Source: an uncultured Fretibacterium sp.
Lineage (GTDB): Bacteria; Synergistota; Synergistia; Synergistales; Aminobacteriaceae
DNA: 64,000 nt
Direction of reading: 5' to 3'
NCBI GenBank assembly: GCA_937915755.1
Contig: CALGGR010000325.1
Location: 6,591 to 70,590, forward strand
The notes under the pieces were generated by a model. It had not been told where the DNA came from, did no database searches, and saw only the letters and a list, made by a program, of their open reading frames with translations. A program made the translations under genes and the position numbers. Below are positions 7,940 through 16,925 of the stretch, piece by piece (the stretch's first letter is position 1; each line of letters opens with the position of its first letter).

Positions 7940-9280
7940 ATGAAGAGGATATTGTTCGCGCTTATAGTGTCGGCTTTAGTGCTGACTCCATGCTTTGCCG
8001 ATGAAGTTCCGCTGACTGTAACGGATTCGCTCGCGGTTTTCCGTGCGTACATCGGCAACAGCGAAAGTGTAATGCTCGACCTTCGTCCTGAACCGGCGTA
8101 TCAGGGCTGGAAACTCGACGGGGCATCGAGGGGCGGCCATGTCGCGGGGGCTATGGACTTTCCGATTTCGTGGCTCGATCTGATGGACGAGGCGAAACTC
8201 GATGAGGTTCTCTCACAGAAGGGCGTAGCGTCAGGAAAAACCGTTGTCCTCTACGGCGCGGAGAAACTTGACGGCAAGGCTCAGAAACTTCTCGCGGGTT
8301 TGGGCCGTAAAGGTGTGAAACGTATTGTGCTTTTCAACGCTCCTGCATCATCATGGACAGCTGACGAGACGATACCGATGTACAGCTACCCGAAGTACCA
8401 TCTCTACGTCTACCCCGAATGGCTGAAGTCGTTAATGGACGGCGGCAAACCTGACAATTACGACGGAAGAACCTTCAAGGTTTTCGAGGCAAGCTGGGGC
8501 GAGGAGAAAACTTCATACGTCAACGGACACATACCCGCCTCGATTCACATCAACACAGACGACTTCGAGGAGGGCCCGATATGGAACAGGCTCTCAGATG
8601 AACGCTTGAAGGCGGCAATGGAAGCGCACGGGATTACGAAGGACACGCTCGTCGTACTCTACAGCACAACGGCTAACATGGCGGCGGCGAGAATAGCATG
8701 GATTCTCATGTACTGCGGTGTTGAGGACGTGAGGCTTCTTGACGGAGGATTCAACGCATGGAAGAGTGCGGGGCTTCCTGTTTCAACCGAGAGCACTCCC
8801 AAAGAACCCGTAAAGGATTTCGGCGGCAATGTTCCGGCAAACAAGGAGCTTATCATCGACACGGAAGAAGCAAAAGCCGTGATTGCTGACACTAACGGAA
8901 GACTCGTGAGCATACGTGCATGGGCTGAACAGATCGGAGAGACATCGGGGTACGCGTGGCTTGAGCGTAAGGGACGAATCTCCGGCGATGTTTGGGGACA
9001 CAGCGGGCCTGATTCGCAGACGCTTCCGGATTTCGAGAACGTTGACGGCACAATGCGGAACTACATCGAAATCACGCGAATGTGGAACGAATGGGGCATT
9101 CACCCTGAGAACGACGTCGCAACCTTCTGCGGGACTGGTTGGCGCGCGGCTGAGGTCAATTTTGACTTCTACGTCCTTGGCTGGCCTCATATCTCACTCT
9201 ATGATGGCGGCTGGTGCGAATGGTCGAATGATCCCGCGAACCCTGTACAGTTCGGAGACCAGAAACCTCAATACAAGTAG
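7940..9280 (+). CDS. Multi-domain rhodanese (thiosulfate/3-mercaptopyruvate sulfurtransferase-like), secreted or lipoprotein
   Basis: AGGAGG lies 9 nt upstream of the ATG at 7940, and the signal peptide is MKRILFALIVSALVLTPCFA. Rhodanese repeats are present. The C-terminal active-site loop is CGTGWR (VATFCGTGWRAAEV). Confidence 0.7.
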   Translation: MKRILFALIVSALVLTPCFADEVPLTVTDSLAVFRAYIGNSESVMLDLRPEPAYQGWKLDGASRGGHVAGAMDFPISWLDLMDEAKLDEVLSQKGVASGKTVVLYGAEKLDGKAQKLLAGLGRKGVKRIVLFNAPASSWTADETIPMYSYPKYHLYVYPEWLKSLMDGGKPDNYDGRTFKVFEASWGEEKTSYVNGHIPASIHINTDDFEEGPIWNRLSDERLKAAMEAHGITKDTLVVLYSTTANMAAARIAWILMYCGVEDVRLLDGGFNAWKSAGLPVSTESTPKEPVKDFGGNVPANKELIIDTEEAKAVIADTNGRLVSIRAWAEQIGETSGYAWLERKGRISGDVWGHSGPDSQTLPDFENVDGTMRNYIEITRMWNEWGIHPENDVATFCGTGWRAAEVNFDFYVLGWPHISLYDGGWCEWSNDPANPVQFGDQKPQYK

Positions 9281-9283
9281 GAC

Positions 9284-9691
9284 ATGAAGCGTCTGGGCTG
9301 TATATTCTGGGTAACATCGCATCTGTTTCTGTATGTTGCTGTACCTGTGGGCTGCGTTCTTGAATACTACGCATGGATGAAAATGGGTATGTACCGCTAC
9401 CTTGTGCTGAAAAACACGTGGTGGCTGAAGAATGTATTTACCGTTGAAACTATGCCGTTCATTCTTGCAGGTACAGTGATTATTATGTTGCTTGTGCTGT
9501 TTCGTTACTGCCTCCCGGTAAAAAGCTACCGTTTCAGCTATGGGGTATTGCTGACTGTTGGGAGCATATATCTTTTCAGAAGCAGTTATTTCTTTTCATT
9601 GAGAGCTGCGCCGTTCTTTGGTGTGTCTCTGCTATCATCAGAGATATTCTTTGTTCTAGGGGTACTCACAAAGAAGAAAGAAAATAACTAA
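9284..9691 (+). CDS. Small membrane protein, unknown function
   Basis: The 135-aa ORF has about four hydrophobic helices, starts 4 nt after the rhodanese stop, and is followed by a clean terminator. Confidence 0.35.
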   Translation: MKRLGCIFWVTSHLFLYVAVPVGCVLEYYAWMKMGMYRYLVLKNTWWLKNVFTVETMPFILAGTVIIMLLVLFRYCLPVKSYRFSYGVLLTVGSIYLFRSSYFFSLRAAPFFGVSLLSSEIFFVLGVLTKKKENN

Positions 9692-9700
9692 CATAACCCA

Positions 9701-9727
9701 CTCCCGGCTTCGGTCGGGAGCTTTTAG
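9701..9727 (+). terminator. Rho-independent terminator
   Basis: The hairpin is CTCCCG-GCTTCGGT-CGGGAG, followed by CTTTTAG. Confidence 0.6.
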
Positions 9728-10218
9728 TGAAGTCTGGTACACGGTCTGAACGTCTGATTTCTCATAACACCCTTATTCGCCAGGGCTGGGGGTTTCTCAG
9801 CCTCTATCCGGTAGAACGTGATGTTCAGCCACTTACATTGCTTGCCTTGACAATTTTTATGCGAGTGGCGCAAAAGGGGACTTGCCAACCTAAAAACGGC
9901 TCTAAGAGCGTTGAGTATGTTATCTATTTTTATACAGAACGCCTAACTGTTGGAAACAATTATACAAAATGAACTACCGTCCCTCACGGAATTGGCGGCT
10001 TCCTAGTTCAACGAGGTCTGCATTGCGACATTCCTGCCTCCGTCTTGCCGAAGGAACGCAGTACGTCCTCTCCAAAAGCGTTTAGGACCTAAGTCCAAGT
10101 TCCCTACGCACCGTAGGTACCAAGTTTTATTTTCAAACTACATTGTGTTGTCGGAATTTCATTTATTCCTTTTATTCAACGAGAGGGATGATATCACACT
10201 TAACTTAACTTGCACAAT

Positions 10219-10989
10219 TTATCTCCAACTTATAGAGGTGGGAGTCTTCTTGCGATTCATGATAAAATGATTAAATTTGTTCCTGTTAAAGATGTCTGTT
10301 ATGCATCCGTCTTTGAGAAGAATAGCGTAATCTGCTAATTTATCTGCTTGTTGCAAGCTATGTGAGACCACGAGCACAGAAAGTTTTTCCTTCAGCGATA
10401 AAATCATGTCTTCCACTTTCTCAGCGGCTGCCCTGTCAAGAGACGCTGTAGGCTCATCAAGAAGGAGCAAATCCGGCTTCAATGCGAGTGCGCGTGCCAG
10501 ACATAAACGCTGCTGTTGACCTCCTGAAAGGCTTAACGCGGGGCTGTTCAGTCTGTCTTTCACTTCCTCCCATAGGCCAACCTGTTCTAGTTTCTCCGTC
10601 AAAATTTTTTCCCTTTCTGAACCCGAAATATTGAATGCTAACTCAAGCGGAAGCGTTATATTTTTCCGTATGCTTACGGGCAAAGGATTGGGAGATTGAA
10701 ATACCATTCCTACTTTTCGGCGCAATTCCGTTAATTCGGGCGCGTTTTTACCTGAGATAGATACAAGATTATCGTTTAATGATACTTTTATTTCCCCTTC
10801 TCCTTGATAGCCGTCAAAAAGTTCGTTTAACCTATTGATTGAGCGCAAGAGAGTAGATTTCCCAGAGCCTGAACGTCCAAGAATTACGCTAATCTTGTTT
10901 GCCGGAAATTCCACATTAAGGCCGTGAAGTATCTCCCTTCCGGAAAATGAAACTTTCAAACCCTCTATAACCACGCATGAATTTGACAT
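10219..10989 (-). CDS. pstB: Phosphate ABC transporter ATP-binding protein, divergent PstB
   Basis: It has Walker A GRSGSGKS, the PstB-like block VGMVFQSPNPLP, the signature LSGGQQQRLCLARAL, and Walker B LLLLDEPT. It is the last gene of the pstSCA-like array. Its C-terminal tail is unusual. Confidence 0.7.
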   Translation of the reverse strand: MSNSCVVIEGLKVSFSGREILHGLNVEFPANKISVILGRSGSGKSTLLRSINRLNELFDGYQGEGEIKVSLNDNLVSISGKNAPELTELRRKVGMVFQSPNPLPVSIRKNITLPLELAFNISGSEREKILTEKLEQVGLWEEVKDRLNSPALSLSGGQQQRLCLARALALKPDLLLLDEPTASLDRAAAEKVEDMILSLKEKLSVLVVSHSLQQADKLADYAILLKDGCITDIFNRNKFNHFIMNRKKTPTSISWR

Positions 10990-11001
10990 ATCATACTCTC
11001 C

Positions 11002-11877
11002 TTAGTTTCCGTGCCATTTATTTTTGAGACGTTTTTGAAGAACGTTAGCAATCAAAATCATAGTCCAAGATAAAATCAGAAGAAGCAAGGCTGTCCCAAA
11101 TCCGCGCATCAGCTCCTCCTGTCCTGTGTACTGGGCAGCGGTGTAGTAAATCTTGAATGGAAGTGCCTCGAACTTTGACGCAAGCCCGGCGGGAAGTCCT
11201 GCGTTCGCAACCGCACCAGTGAGCATTATAACGGCTGTATCCTCCATAGCCCTGCCCATCGAGAGAATTACCCCTCCCAAAATTCCAGAACTCGCAGAAG
11301 GTATTAGCAAGTATCGCACAGTCTGCGCCCTTGACATTCCGAGAGCATCAGCCGTGATGGTAAGTTGTCGAGGAAGTGCCTCTATTGATGAGCGCGTCGC
11401 CGTAACAAGAGCAGGAATCACCAAGATCGCAAGGCACAAAGCCGCAAGAAGCAAGCATGTCGTACCGTTCGGGAGGAAAGTCCTCCGCAGAATTATAATC
11501 AGCTCAAGCCCGAACAATCCCATCACAATCGACGGAATGCCCGCAAGAACGTCAACGCATTCGCCGATATATTCCTTTTCACGAGGAGAGGCAAAGCACG
11601 CAAGGTAAACGCCGCATGAAATTCCGGGAACTAAGACAATAACCATCGTCAGCAAAAGCAGAGACATTGTTCCGGCAACGGCAGGCCATATCCCGTTCCA
11701 CACCGGCCTGACAGCTAAAATCGCGTCCCATGCCGGAGTGTCTCCGAAGAAGAGTTTTGTGTTGATTGCAGGGAAACCTCTGACCGCAAGGAAAGTGATT
11801 AGCCCTCCGACGCTGAACAACACAACAAGGAACGCTGTCCAGCTCAGAACCGACAGTGAAAGTTCACGACCCTTCAT
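11002..11877 (-). CDS. pstA: Phosphate ABC transporter permease PstA
   Basis: It is a six-TM permease with an EAA-like loop (ALGMSRAQTVRYLLIP). Its position follows pstC. Confidence 0.7.
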   Translation of the reverse strand: MKGRELSLSVLSWTAFLVVLFSVGGLITFLAVRGFPAINTKLFFGDTPAWDAILAVRPVWNGIWPAVAGTMSLLLLTMVIVLVPGISCGVYLACFASPREKEYIGECVDVLAGIPSIVMGLFGLELIIILRRTFLPNGTTCLLLAALCLAILVIPALVTATRSSIEALPRQLTITADALGMSRAQTVRYLLIPSASSGILGGVILSMGRAMEDTAVIMLTGAVANAGLPAGLASKFEALPFKIYYTAAQYTGQEELMRGFGTALLLLILSWTMILIANVLQKRLKNKWHGN

Positions 11878-12731
11878 GATGTTTTCCTCCTCACTAAACG
11901 CCTTGAGATTATGCTGATTAACGCGCAGAATGTGAGAAGCAACGCTCCGGCGAGAAGCAGCGAAAGATGTTCACCGCCTCCAATGTCAGACGAAAGAACA
12001 AGTGAAATGTGCGCCGTTAGAGTTCTCATCGAGTCGAGAGGGGACATCGCAAAACGTATCGCGTTCCCGGCCAACATCGTCGGAATGAGAGCGTCGCCAA
12101 CCGTCCGCCCCAATCCCAAAATTGCGGCTGAAAGCATCGACTTTGAGGCTATCGGCAGAACTATTCGGCTCAGATGCTGTAACGATGTCATTCCGAGAGC
12201 TGAGGCTGTAATTTTCGTTTCTTCTGCGATTGAACGTACAGCACCGTCCATTATGAACGTCATGGTCGGAACTCCCTGCAACGCCAGAATCATGCTCGCA
12301 GTAAGCCAGCAAAACCCCGTTCCGCCCAAAGCGTCCCTTATTATTGGCACTAAGAGGAACACAGCCGCGAATCCGTATACAACGGTCGGAATTGCTGTCA
12401 TGAGAGTCAAAATTGTCATGAGAAATTTCGCTATGAATTTCGGAGCGAGGCCGTTCATCATGCAGCAGCACCCCAGTGAAAGGCACCAGCTCAAGCACAA
12501 TGACGACAGAGCCAAGAGGACAGAGCATTGAATCATCGTCAATATTCCGAAGCGTCCGGCGTTTGGATTCCAGACTGACCCGAAAAGTGATAGCCCCTGC
12601 CCCCGCACAAGTGCCTCAATTCCTGAGACGAGAATAAAAGCAATGACCGTTCCCAGTATTGCGGATACTGAGAGTGCCATTGCCTTTAGGAAAATCGGAC
12701 TTTTTTCCCTTTCCCGTTTTCCCTGTCTCAA
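11874..12731 (-). CDS. pstC: Phosphate ABC transporter permease PstC
   Basis: It is a permease with ASALGMTSLQHLSRIVLP and 4-nt overlaps with both neighbours. Confidence 0.7.
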   Translation of the reverse strand: MRQGKREREKSPIFLKAMALSVSAILGTVIAFILVSGIEALVRGQGLSLFGSVWNPNAGRFGILTMIQCSVLLALSSLCLSWCLSLGCCCMMNGLAPKFIAKFLMTILTLMTAIPTVVYGFAAVFLLVPIIRDALGGTGFCWLTASMILALQGVPTMTFIMDGAVRSIAEETKITASALGMTSLQHLSRIVLPIASKSMLSAAILGLGRTVGDALIPTMLAGNAIRFAMSPLDSMRTLTAHISLVLSSDIGGGEHLSLLLAGALLLTFCALISIISRRLVRRKTS

Positions 12732-13555
12732 TTTTCAGCTCTTGGAAGCGGAATATAACCGCTCTTCTCGATTATCTTCGCGCCCGGCTCACTGTAGATG
12801 TAGCCTATGAACGCGGCCGTAAGACCTGTAGGTTCACCCTTCGTGTTCATGAAGAGATTTCGGACGACTGGATACTCACCCGAAGCGGCGTTTTCCTGCG
12901 ATGGTACATGCCCGTCAATGGCCACACCAGCGATTGAGCTGTCGAGATGGCCGATGCCGACGTAACCGATCGCGCGTTTGTCCTGAGCGATTGCTGTCTT
13001 CATTGCGCCGTTTGAGTTCACGACGTTCACGGCGGGAGAGAGTTCACCTTTCCCGAAAAGTTTGTCGGTGAATGTCTCACGTGTTCCGCTTCCGTCCTCG
13101 CGCCCGTAGAGGTTGATTCTTCCGGGATTTCCGCCGAGTTCCTTCCAGTCTGTGATTTCGCCGGAATAGATTTTCACTACCTGCTCCTTCGTGAGAGCTT
13201 TCACGGGATTTTCAGGGTGTACAGCGAGAGCAACTCCGTCAATCGCAAACGGGAACGTCTTCAGACCGTACTGCTTAATCTCGCTCTCCTTGAGGGGGCG
13301 GCCTGTGTTTCCGATTCCCGCGAGTCCTTCGCCGACCTGCTTGACACCTACGCCGCTTCCTCCGCCCGCAACCGTGATTCTGATTTTCGGGTTGAAGGTC
13401 ATGATGTCCTGAGCCGCCTGCGTCATGACGGGAATATGAGCAGTCCCGCCCGCGATGTCCAAAGTCCCCTCAAGGCTCTTGAACGCATCAAGAGGAGCAC
13501 CGAAAGCGGTTGAAGCCGCCATCAAAAACACGAATAAGCACGCAAATTTCTTCAT
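12728..13555 (-). CDS. pstS: Phosphate-binding protein PstS
   Basis: It has a signal peptide, a PBP-like fold, and GGGSGVGVKQV and GSGTRETF motifs. Confidence 0.7.
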   Translation of the reverse strand: MKKFACLFVFLMAASTAFGAPLDAFKSLEGTLDIAGGTAHIPVMTQAAQDIMTFNPKIRITVAGGGSGVGVKQVGEGLAGIGNTGRPLKESEIKQYGLKTFPFAIDGVALAVHPENPVKALTKEQVVKIYSGEITDWKELGGNPGRINLYGREDGSGTRETFTDKLFGKGELSPAVNVVNSNGAMKTAIAQDKRAIGYVGIGHLDSSIAGVAIDGHVPSQENAASGEYPVVRNLFMNTKGEPTGLTAAFIGYIYSEPGAKIIEKSGYIPLPRAEN

Positions 13556-13640
13556 GATTATTCCTCCTTAATTGTTGTTCATCATAACAGATGTTTTCAA
13601 GTCTGCCAAAAAACTCCACGATAGTCAATTACTATTTACG

Positions 13641-14795
13641 TTACTGCGAGATTACGTTTTTCAGTGAGCTTACAAATTCGTCGATGTCATTCTTCGTGCT
13701 GAAATATCCCGGCGACACCCTCAATGCTCCCTGCGGAAACGTCCCCAGCGTCTTATGAGCTGACGGTGCGCAATGAAGTCCCGGCCTCGTCTCAAATCCT
13801 GCGCGCGAAAGTTCGTCCGCTAAAATCCCGTTGTCCTTCCCTAGAATATTGAATGAGAACACTGAGACTCTTTCGTTCATGTCGTGATGTCCGGTCAGAA
13901 GAACGTCATCAATCCCCTTCAGCCTTTCAAGAAGATAGCCGCCGATTTCACGTTCCCTGTCAGCAATATTCTTCACGCCCGTATCTTTCAGCCATTCCAA
14001 CGCCGCATTCAAGCCCGCAATTCCGGGAAGATTTGGAGTGCCCGACTCGAATTTGTCCGGCAACTCTTCAGGCTGGTATTCGAGATGTGAATAGCTCCCT
14101 GTTCCTCCCGTTATAATCGGCTCAACACGCAAGGAAAATTCCGGCTCCCATATTATTCCGCCCGTTCCTTGAGGCCCCATCAAGCCCTTATGTCCAGTGA
14201 AGCAAAGCGCAGAAAGTCCAAGCCCCGACGCACTTAGCCCAATAACTCCGGCGGTCTGTGCGGTGTCAGCGACTAAAGGCACTCCGAATTTTGCGCATAT
14301 CCCCGCAACTTCTTCGAGAGGCTGTACAGTCCCGCAAACGTTGCTTGCGTGAGACATGATCATGAGGTCATACTTTGTGGCCGACAATTCGCGCTCAAGT
14401 CTCAAAGGGTCAAGCCTGCCCTCAGAATCGCAGGTCAGAACGCAAAGATTAACTCCTTTCTGTTCAAGTACCCTCAATGGACGCATTACGGCGTTATGTT
14501 CCATTGATGTCGTGATTGCCCTCATGCCGGGCTTCAGAAAACCTCGAAGAACAATGTTAATCGCCTCTGTGATGTTCGATGTGAAAGTTACGAGGAGAGG
14601 ATTAGCGTTGTCATAGCCTCCGAAAAATTCAGCCAGCTTTATACGGCAGTCGAGAATAATATTCATCGTTTTCATGTCCCTTTCCGACGACGAACCGCGC
14701 GACGAATTAGCCCCGCCCTTCAGAAGAAACTCACTCATCGCCCCTGCAACACATTCCGGCTTCGGCCACGTTGTAGCTGCATTGTTCAGATACAT
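13641..14795 (-). CDS. Class-V aminotransferase-fold cysteine desulfurase / selenocysteine lyase-like protein
   Basis: The N-terminus is MYLNNAATTWPKP. The PLP-lysine context is FTGHKGLMGPQG, and the C-terminal active-site Cys is in RPGLHCAPSAH. Confidence 0.65.
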   Translation of the reverse strand: MYLNNAATTWPKPECVAGAMSEFLLKGGANSSRGSSSERDMKTMNIILDCRIKLAEFFGGYDNANPLLVTFTSNITEAINIVLRGFLKPGMRAITTSMEHNAVMRPLRVLEQKGVNLCVLTCDSEGRLDPLRLERELSATKYDLMIMSHASNVCGTVQPLEEVAGICAKFGVPLVADTAQTAGVIGLSASGLGLSALCFTGHKGLMGPQGTGGIIWEPEFSLRVEPIITGGTGSYSHLEYQPEELPDKFESGTPNLPGIAGLNAALEWLKDTGVKNIADREREIGGYLLERLKGIDDVLLTGHHDMNERVSVFSFNILGKDNGILADELSRAGFETRPGLHCAPSAHKTLGTFPQGALRVSPGYFSTKNDIDEFVSSLKNVISQ

Positions 14796-14798
14796 TCC

Positions 14799-15434
14799 TC
14801 AATAGCCCTCCCTTATTGCGTAACGTATCAAGCTCGCTATGCTGTTACAGCCCGTTTTGTCCATGATATGGCGGCGGTGTGCGTCAACTGTGTTCTTGCT
14901 GATGATCAATTCGCCGGCGATCTCTTTAGTGTTCTTGCCCTCAGCAATAAGCCTCAAAACCTCAGCTTCCCTCTCCGACAGCGGACAAGGCGCAATCTTT
15001 TCTTCCGCCTCAAGAAGTCTCATGTAATCCTCAACGACAATCGTCATTGATGCCCTCGCAATGTAGAAGTATCCCTGCATTACGCTTTTCACGGCCTCGT
15101 AAAGCTCCTCAGATGTGCAGTCCTTCAGGATATAGCCGTTCGCGCCCGCTTTCAGGCTTTCGGTGATTAGTTCGCGGTTGTTGTGCATTGAGAGTATGAG
15201 GATTTTCACGTCAGGGAATTTCGCCCGTATCTGCTGGGACGCTTTTATGCCGTTCATTCGCGGCATTGCTATATCCATTAGGACTATGTCAGGTTTCAGC
15301 AGAGATGTCTGCTCAACGACCTGAAGACCGTCCCTTGCCTGCCCAGAAAGTTCTATGTCAGGCTGTCTCGAAAGAAGCTCCGACAGTCCCTCAACAAATA
15401 AATCATGGTCATCTGCGATTATTATGCGTATCAT
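14799..15434 (-). CDS. NarL/LuxR-family response regulator
   Basis: The receiver domain is IRIIIADDH ... DIVLMDIAMP, followed by a C-terminal LuxR helix-turn-helix (LSEREAEVLRLIAEGKNTKEIA). Confidence 0.8.
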   Translation of the reverse strand: MIRIIIADDHDLFVEGLSELLSRQPDIELSGQARDGLQVVEQTSLLKPDIVLMDIAMPRMNGIKASQQIRAKFPDVKILILSMHNNRELITESLKAGANGYILKDCTSEELYEAVKSVMQGYFYIARASMTIVVEDYMRLLEAEEKIAPCPLSEREAEVLRLIAEGKNTKEIAGELIISKNTVDAHRRHIMDKTGCNSIASLIRYAIREGY

Positions 15435-16474
15435 GTAAATTCACCGTCCTTCAATTTTCTTGGACATGACATAATTGCCATAGTTCCCTCTCCGATTTCT
15501 GAGATTATTCTCAGCTCCCCGCCAAGTGCCAAAAGCCTCTCCCTTATGCTGAAAAGTCCAAAGCCCCGTTTATCCGTGTCAAAACCCTTGCCGTTATCCT
15601 CAACAGCGACTGTGATGATCTCGGGCTTCCTGTTGATAATTATGTTCACCGTTGAAGCCCCCGAATGCTTCACGACGTTAATCATGAGTTCACGAGCCAT
15701 TCTGTAAAGTATTACGCAGACGGAATCATCAGCCCTGAGTTCATTCGCGCTGCCTTTTGTGATTACGTGCCATTGGATTTTGTGGGGAGTGAGTATCTTC
15801 TCCGCAAGCTCCTCAAGCGCGGGATTCAGACCTGCCTCCTTCAAAACGGGCGGACTGAGTTCAAATATGAGGCTTCGATTCTCAGCGATTATGTTCTCAG
15901 TTATGGCAATAAGTTCCTGAATGCTGTCCCTGAAATCCTTTGCTTCGTCGCGGGAATTCATATCACGAAGAATGTTGAGCTGCGTAATGAGGTCATAGCC
16001 TATTTTGTCATGAAGGTATGATGCGATTGTGCGCTTGGTTTTCTCCTCTAAAATTGTGAGCTGTGTCGCCATTGCCCGAAGCTGCATCTGTCTCTTTCGC
16101 AAGGCATCATCAGAGCGTTTAAGTTTTGTGCGGTCGAGGAAAATCACAGCCGCCATTTCGGGGGGAATTGGGAAAGCTATTGCCTCAAGGTAGCTTTTCG
16201 CGTCAGAACTTTCACCGATACAGTGCATTGTTCGCTTTTGTTTGAGGCATTCCGTTATGACCTGCGACCATCTTCGTTCTGCTTTGGGCCACACCTCATG
16301 AAAAGTCCGCCCGATAATCTCACTGCGCTTCTGCTTCATAACGCGCTCATATGACGGATTTATGTCGACGAAAATTATATGATCGTCCTCAATCCTGTAT
16401 AAGGCTATAGGATCGAAGACACGCTCAAATAAAATTCTGTACGAAAAATTTTTAACGAAATCTAAAGTTTCCAT
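15431..16474 (-). CDS. Cytoplasmic PAS-domain sensor histidine kinase (HisKA_3 type)
   Basis: It has a PAS-like N-terminus, the H-box SYLHDKIGYDL, and an ATPase domain with DNGKGF and G-box GFGLFSIRER. It overlaps the regulator gene by 4 nt. Confidence 0.7.
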   Translation of the reverse strand: METLDFVKNFSYRILFERVFDPIALYRIEDDHIIFVDINPSYERVMKQKRSEIIGRTFHEVWPKAERRWSQVITECLKQKRTMHCIGESSDAKSYLEAIAFPIPPEMAAVIFLDRTKLKRSDDALRKRQMQLRAMATQLTILEEKTKRTIASYLHDKIGYDLITQLNILRDMNSRDEAKDFRDSIQELIAITENIIAENRSLIFELSPPVLKEAGLNPALEELAEKILTPHKIQWHVITKGSANELRADDSVCVILYRMARELMINVVKHSGASTVNIIINRKPEIITVAVEDNGKGFDTDKRGFGLFSIRERLLALGGELRIISEIGEGTMAIMSCPRKLKDGEFT

Positions 16475-16552
16475 TATGATTTTATTTCATTCCCTAGATT
16501 TTTTTCGCAGATTAAATTATAATTCGTCGCATAAATAATCCTGTCATTATTC

Positions 16553-16650
16553 GGAAGTGAGATTTGTCTGGTGATGGGCTCGGGCTTCAAACCCGATGAG
16601 AGGTAGTTTGAGCTGTCTCTGGTGGGTTCGATTCCCACACACTTCCGCCA
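16553..16650 (+). tRNA. selC: tRNA-Sec (anticodon UCA)
   Basis: The 98-nt sequence is GGAAGTGA...CACACTTCCGCCA. The anticodon stem-loop is TCGGG-CTTCAAA-CCCGA with anticodon TCA. It has a long variable arm (GAGAGG...TCTC), the T-arm GTGGG-TTCGATT-CCCAC, an extended acceptor stem, discriminator G, and an encoded CCA. Confidence 0.85.
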
Positions 16651-16664
16651 CATTCGCAAATAAT

Positions 16665-16703
16665 ATCCCTGTTGGCATGATAACCAGCAGGGATTTCTGT
16701 TTA
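16665..16703. terminator. Bidirectional terminator hairpin between selC (+) and the tusA-like gene (-)
   Basis: The 7-bp stem ATCCCTG / CAGGGAT has a 16-nt loop and is followed by TTCTGTTT. Confidence 0.5.
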
Positions 16704-16919
16704 CTTCTCAAGGATTACTTTGTATCCGCCTTCACGTTCCTCAGTGCTGACCTTCCAGCCCTTATTCTCGCCGAAGCGTGAGACGTTGTTCCGTGATGTC
16801 GCTGTGTCAACTAGTACCTCAACTCGCCCGGCCTCAAGCTCTGAAAGTGCTTTCTTGGTCATCAACACAGGCTGAGGACACGACAGACCCGAAGCATTCA
16901 CCGTGATAATATTGCTCAT
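16701..16919 (-). CDS. TusA/SirA-family sulfur (selenium) carrier protein
   Basis: The 72-aa protein has the CPxP motif (ASGLSCPQPVLMTKKAL). It is directly downstream of yedE, as in known yedE-yedF pairs. Confidence 0.7.
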   Translation of the reverse strand: MSNIITVNASGLSCPQPVLMTKKALSELEAGRVEVLVDTATSRNNVSRFGENKGWKVSTEEREGGYKVILEK

Positions 16920-16925
16920 TGCTGA

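Noticed and set aside
9727-9972. An 81-aa + strand ORF lies in the convergent spacer.
   Set aside because: It begins at a non-ATG start immediately after a terminator, has no RBS, and has no recognisable motif. I treated it as noise. The spacer itself is reported as a finding.
9728-10218. I tested the spacer by eye for known housekeeping RNAs: RNase P, tmRNA and SRP RNA.
   Set aside because: It has no GAGGAAAGTCC-type RNase P core and no tRNA-like 3' end with a TTCGAATCC...CCA motif. There is only a weak resemblance (GCCGAAGGAACGCAG) to the SRP domain IV motif. None is convincing.
16474-16781. Track ORFs 16474..16659 (-) and 16596..16781 (+) appear as possible small proteins.
   Set aside because: Both overlap the tRNA-Sec gene and its terminator hairpin. 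They have no RBS and implausible composition, so they are spurious.
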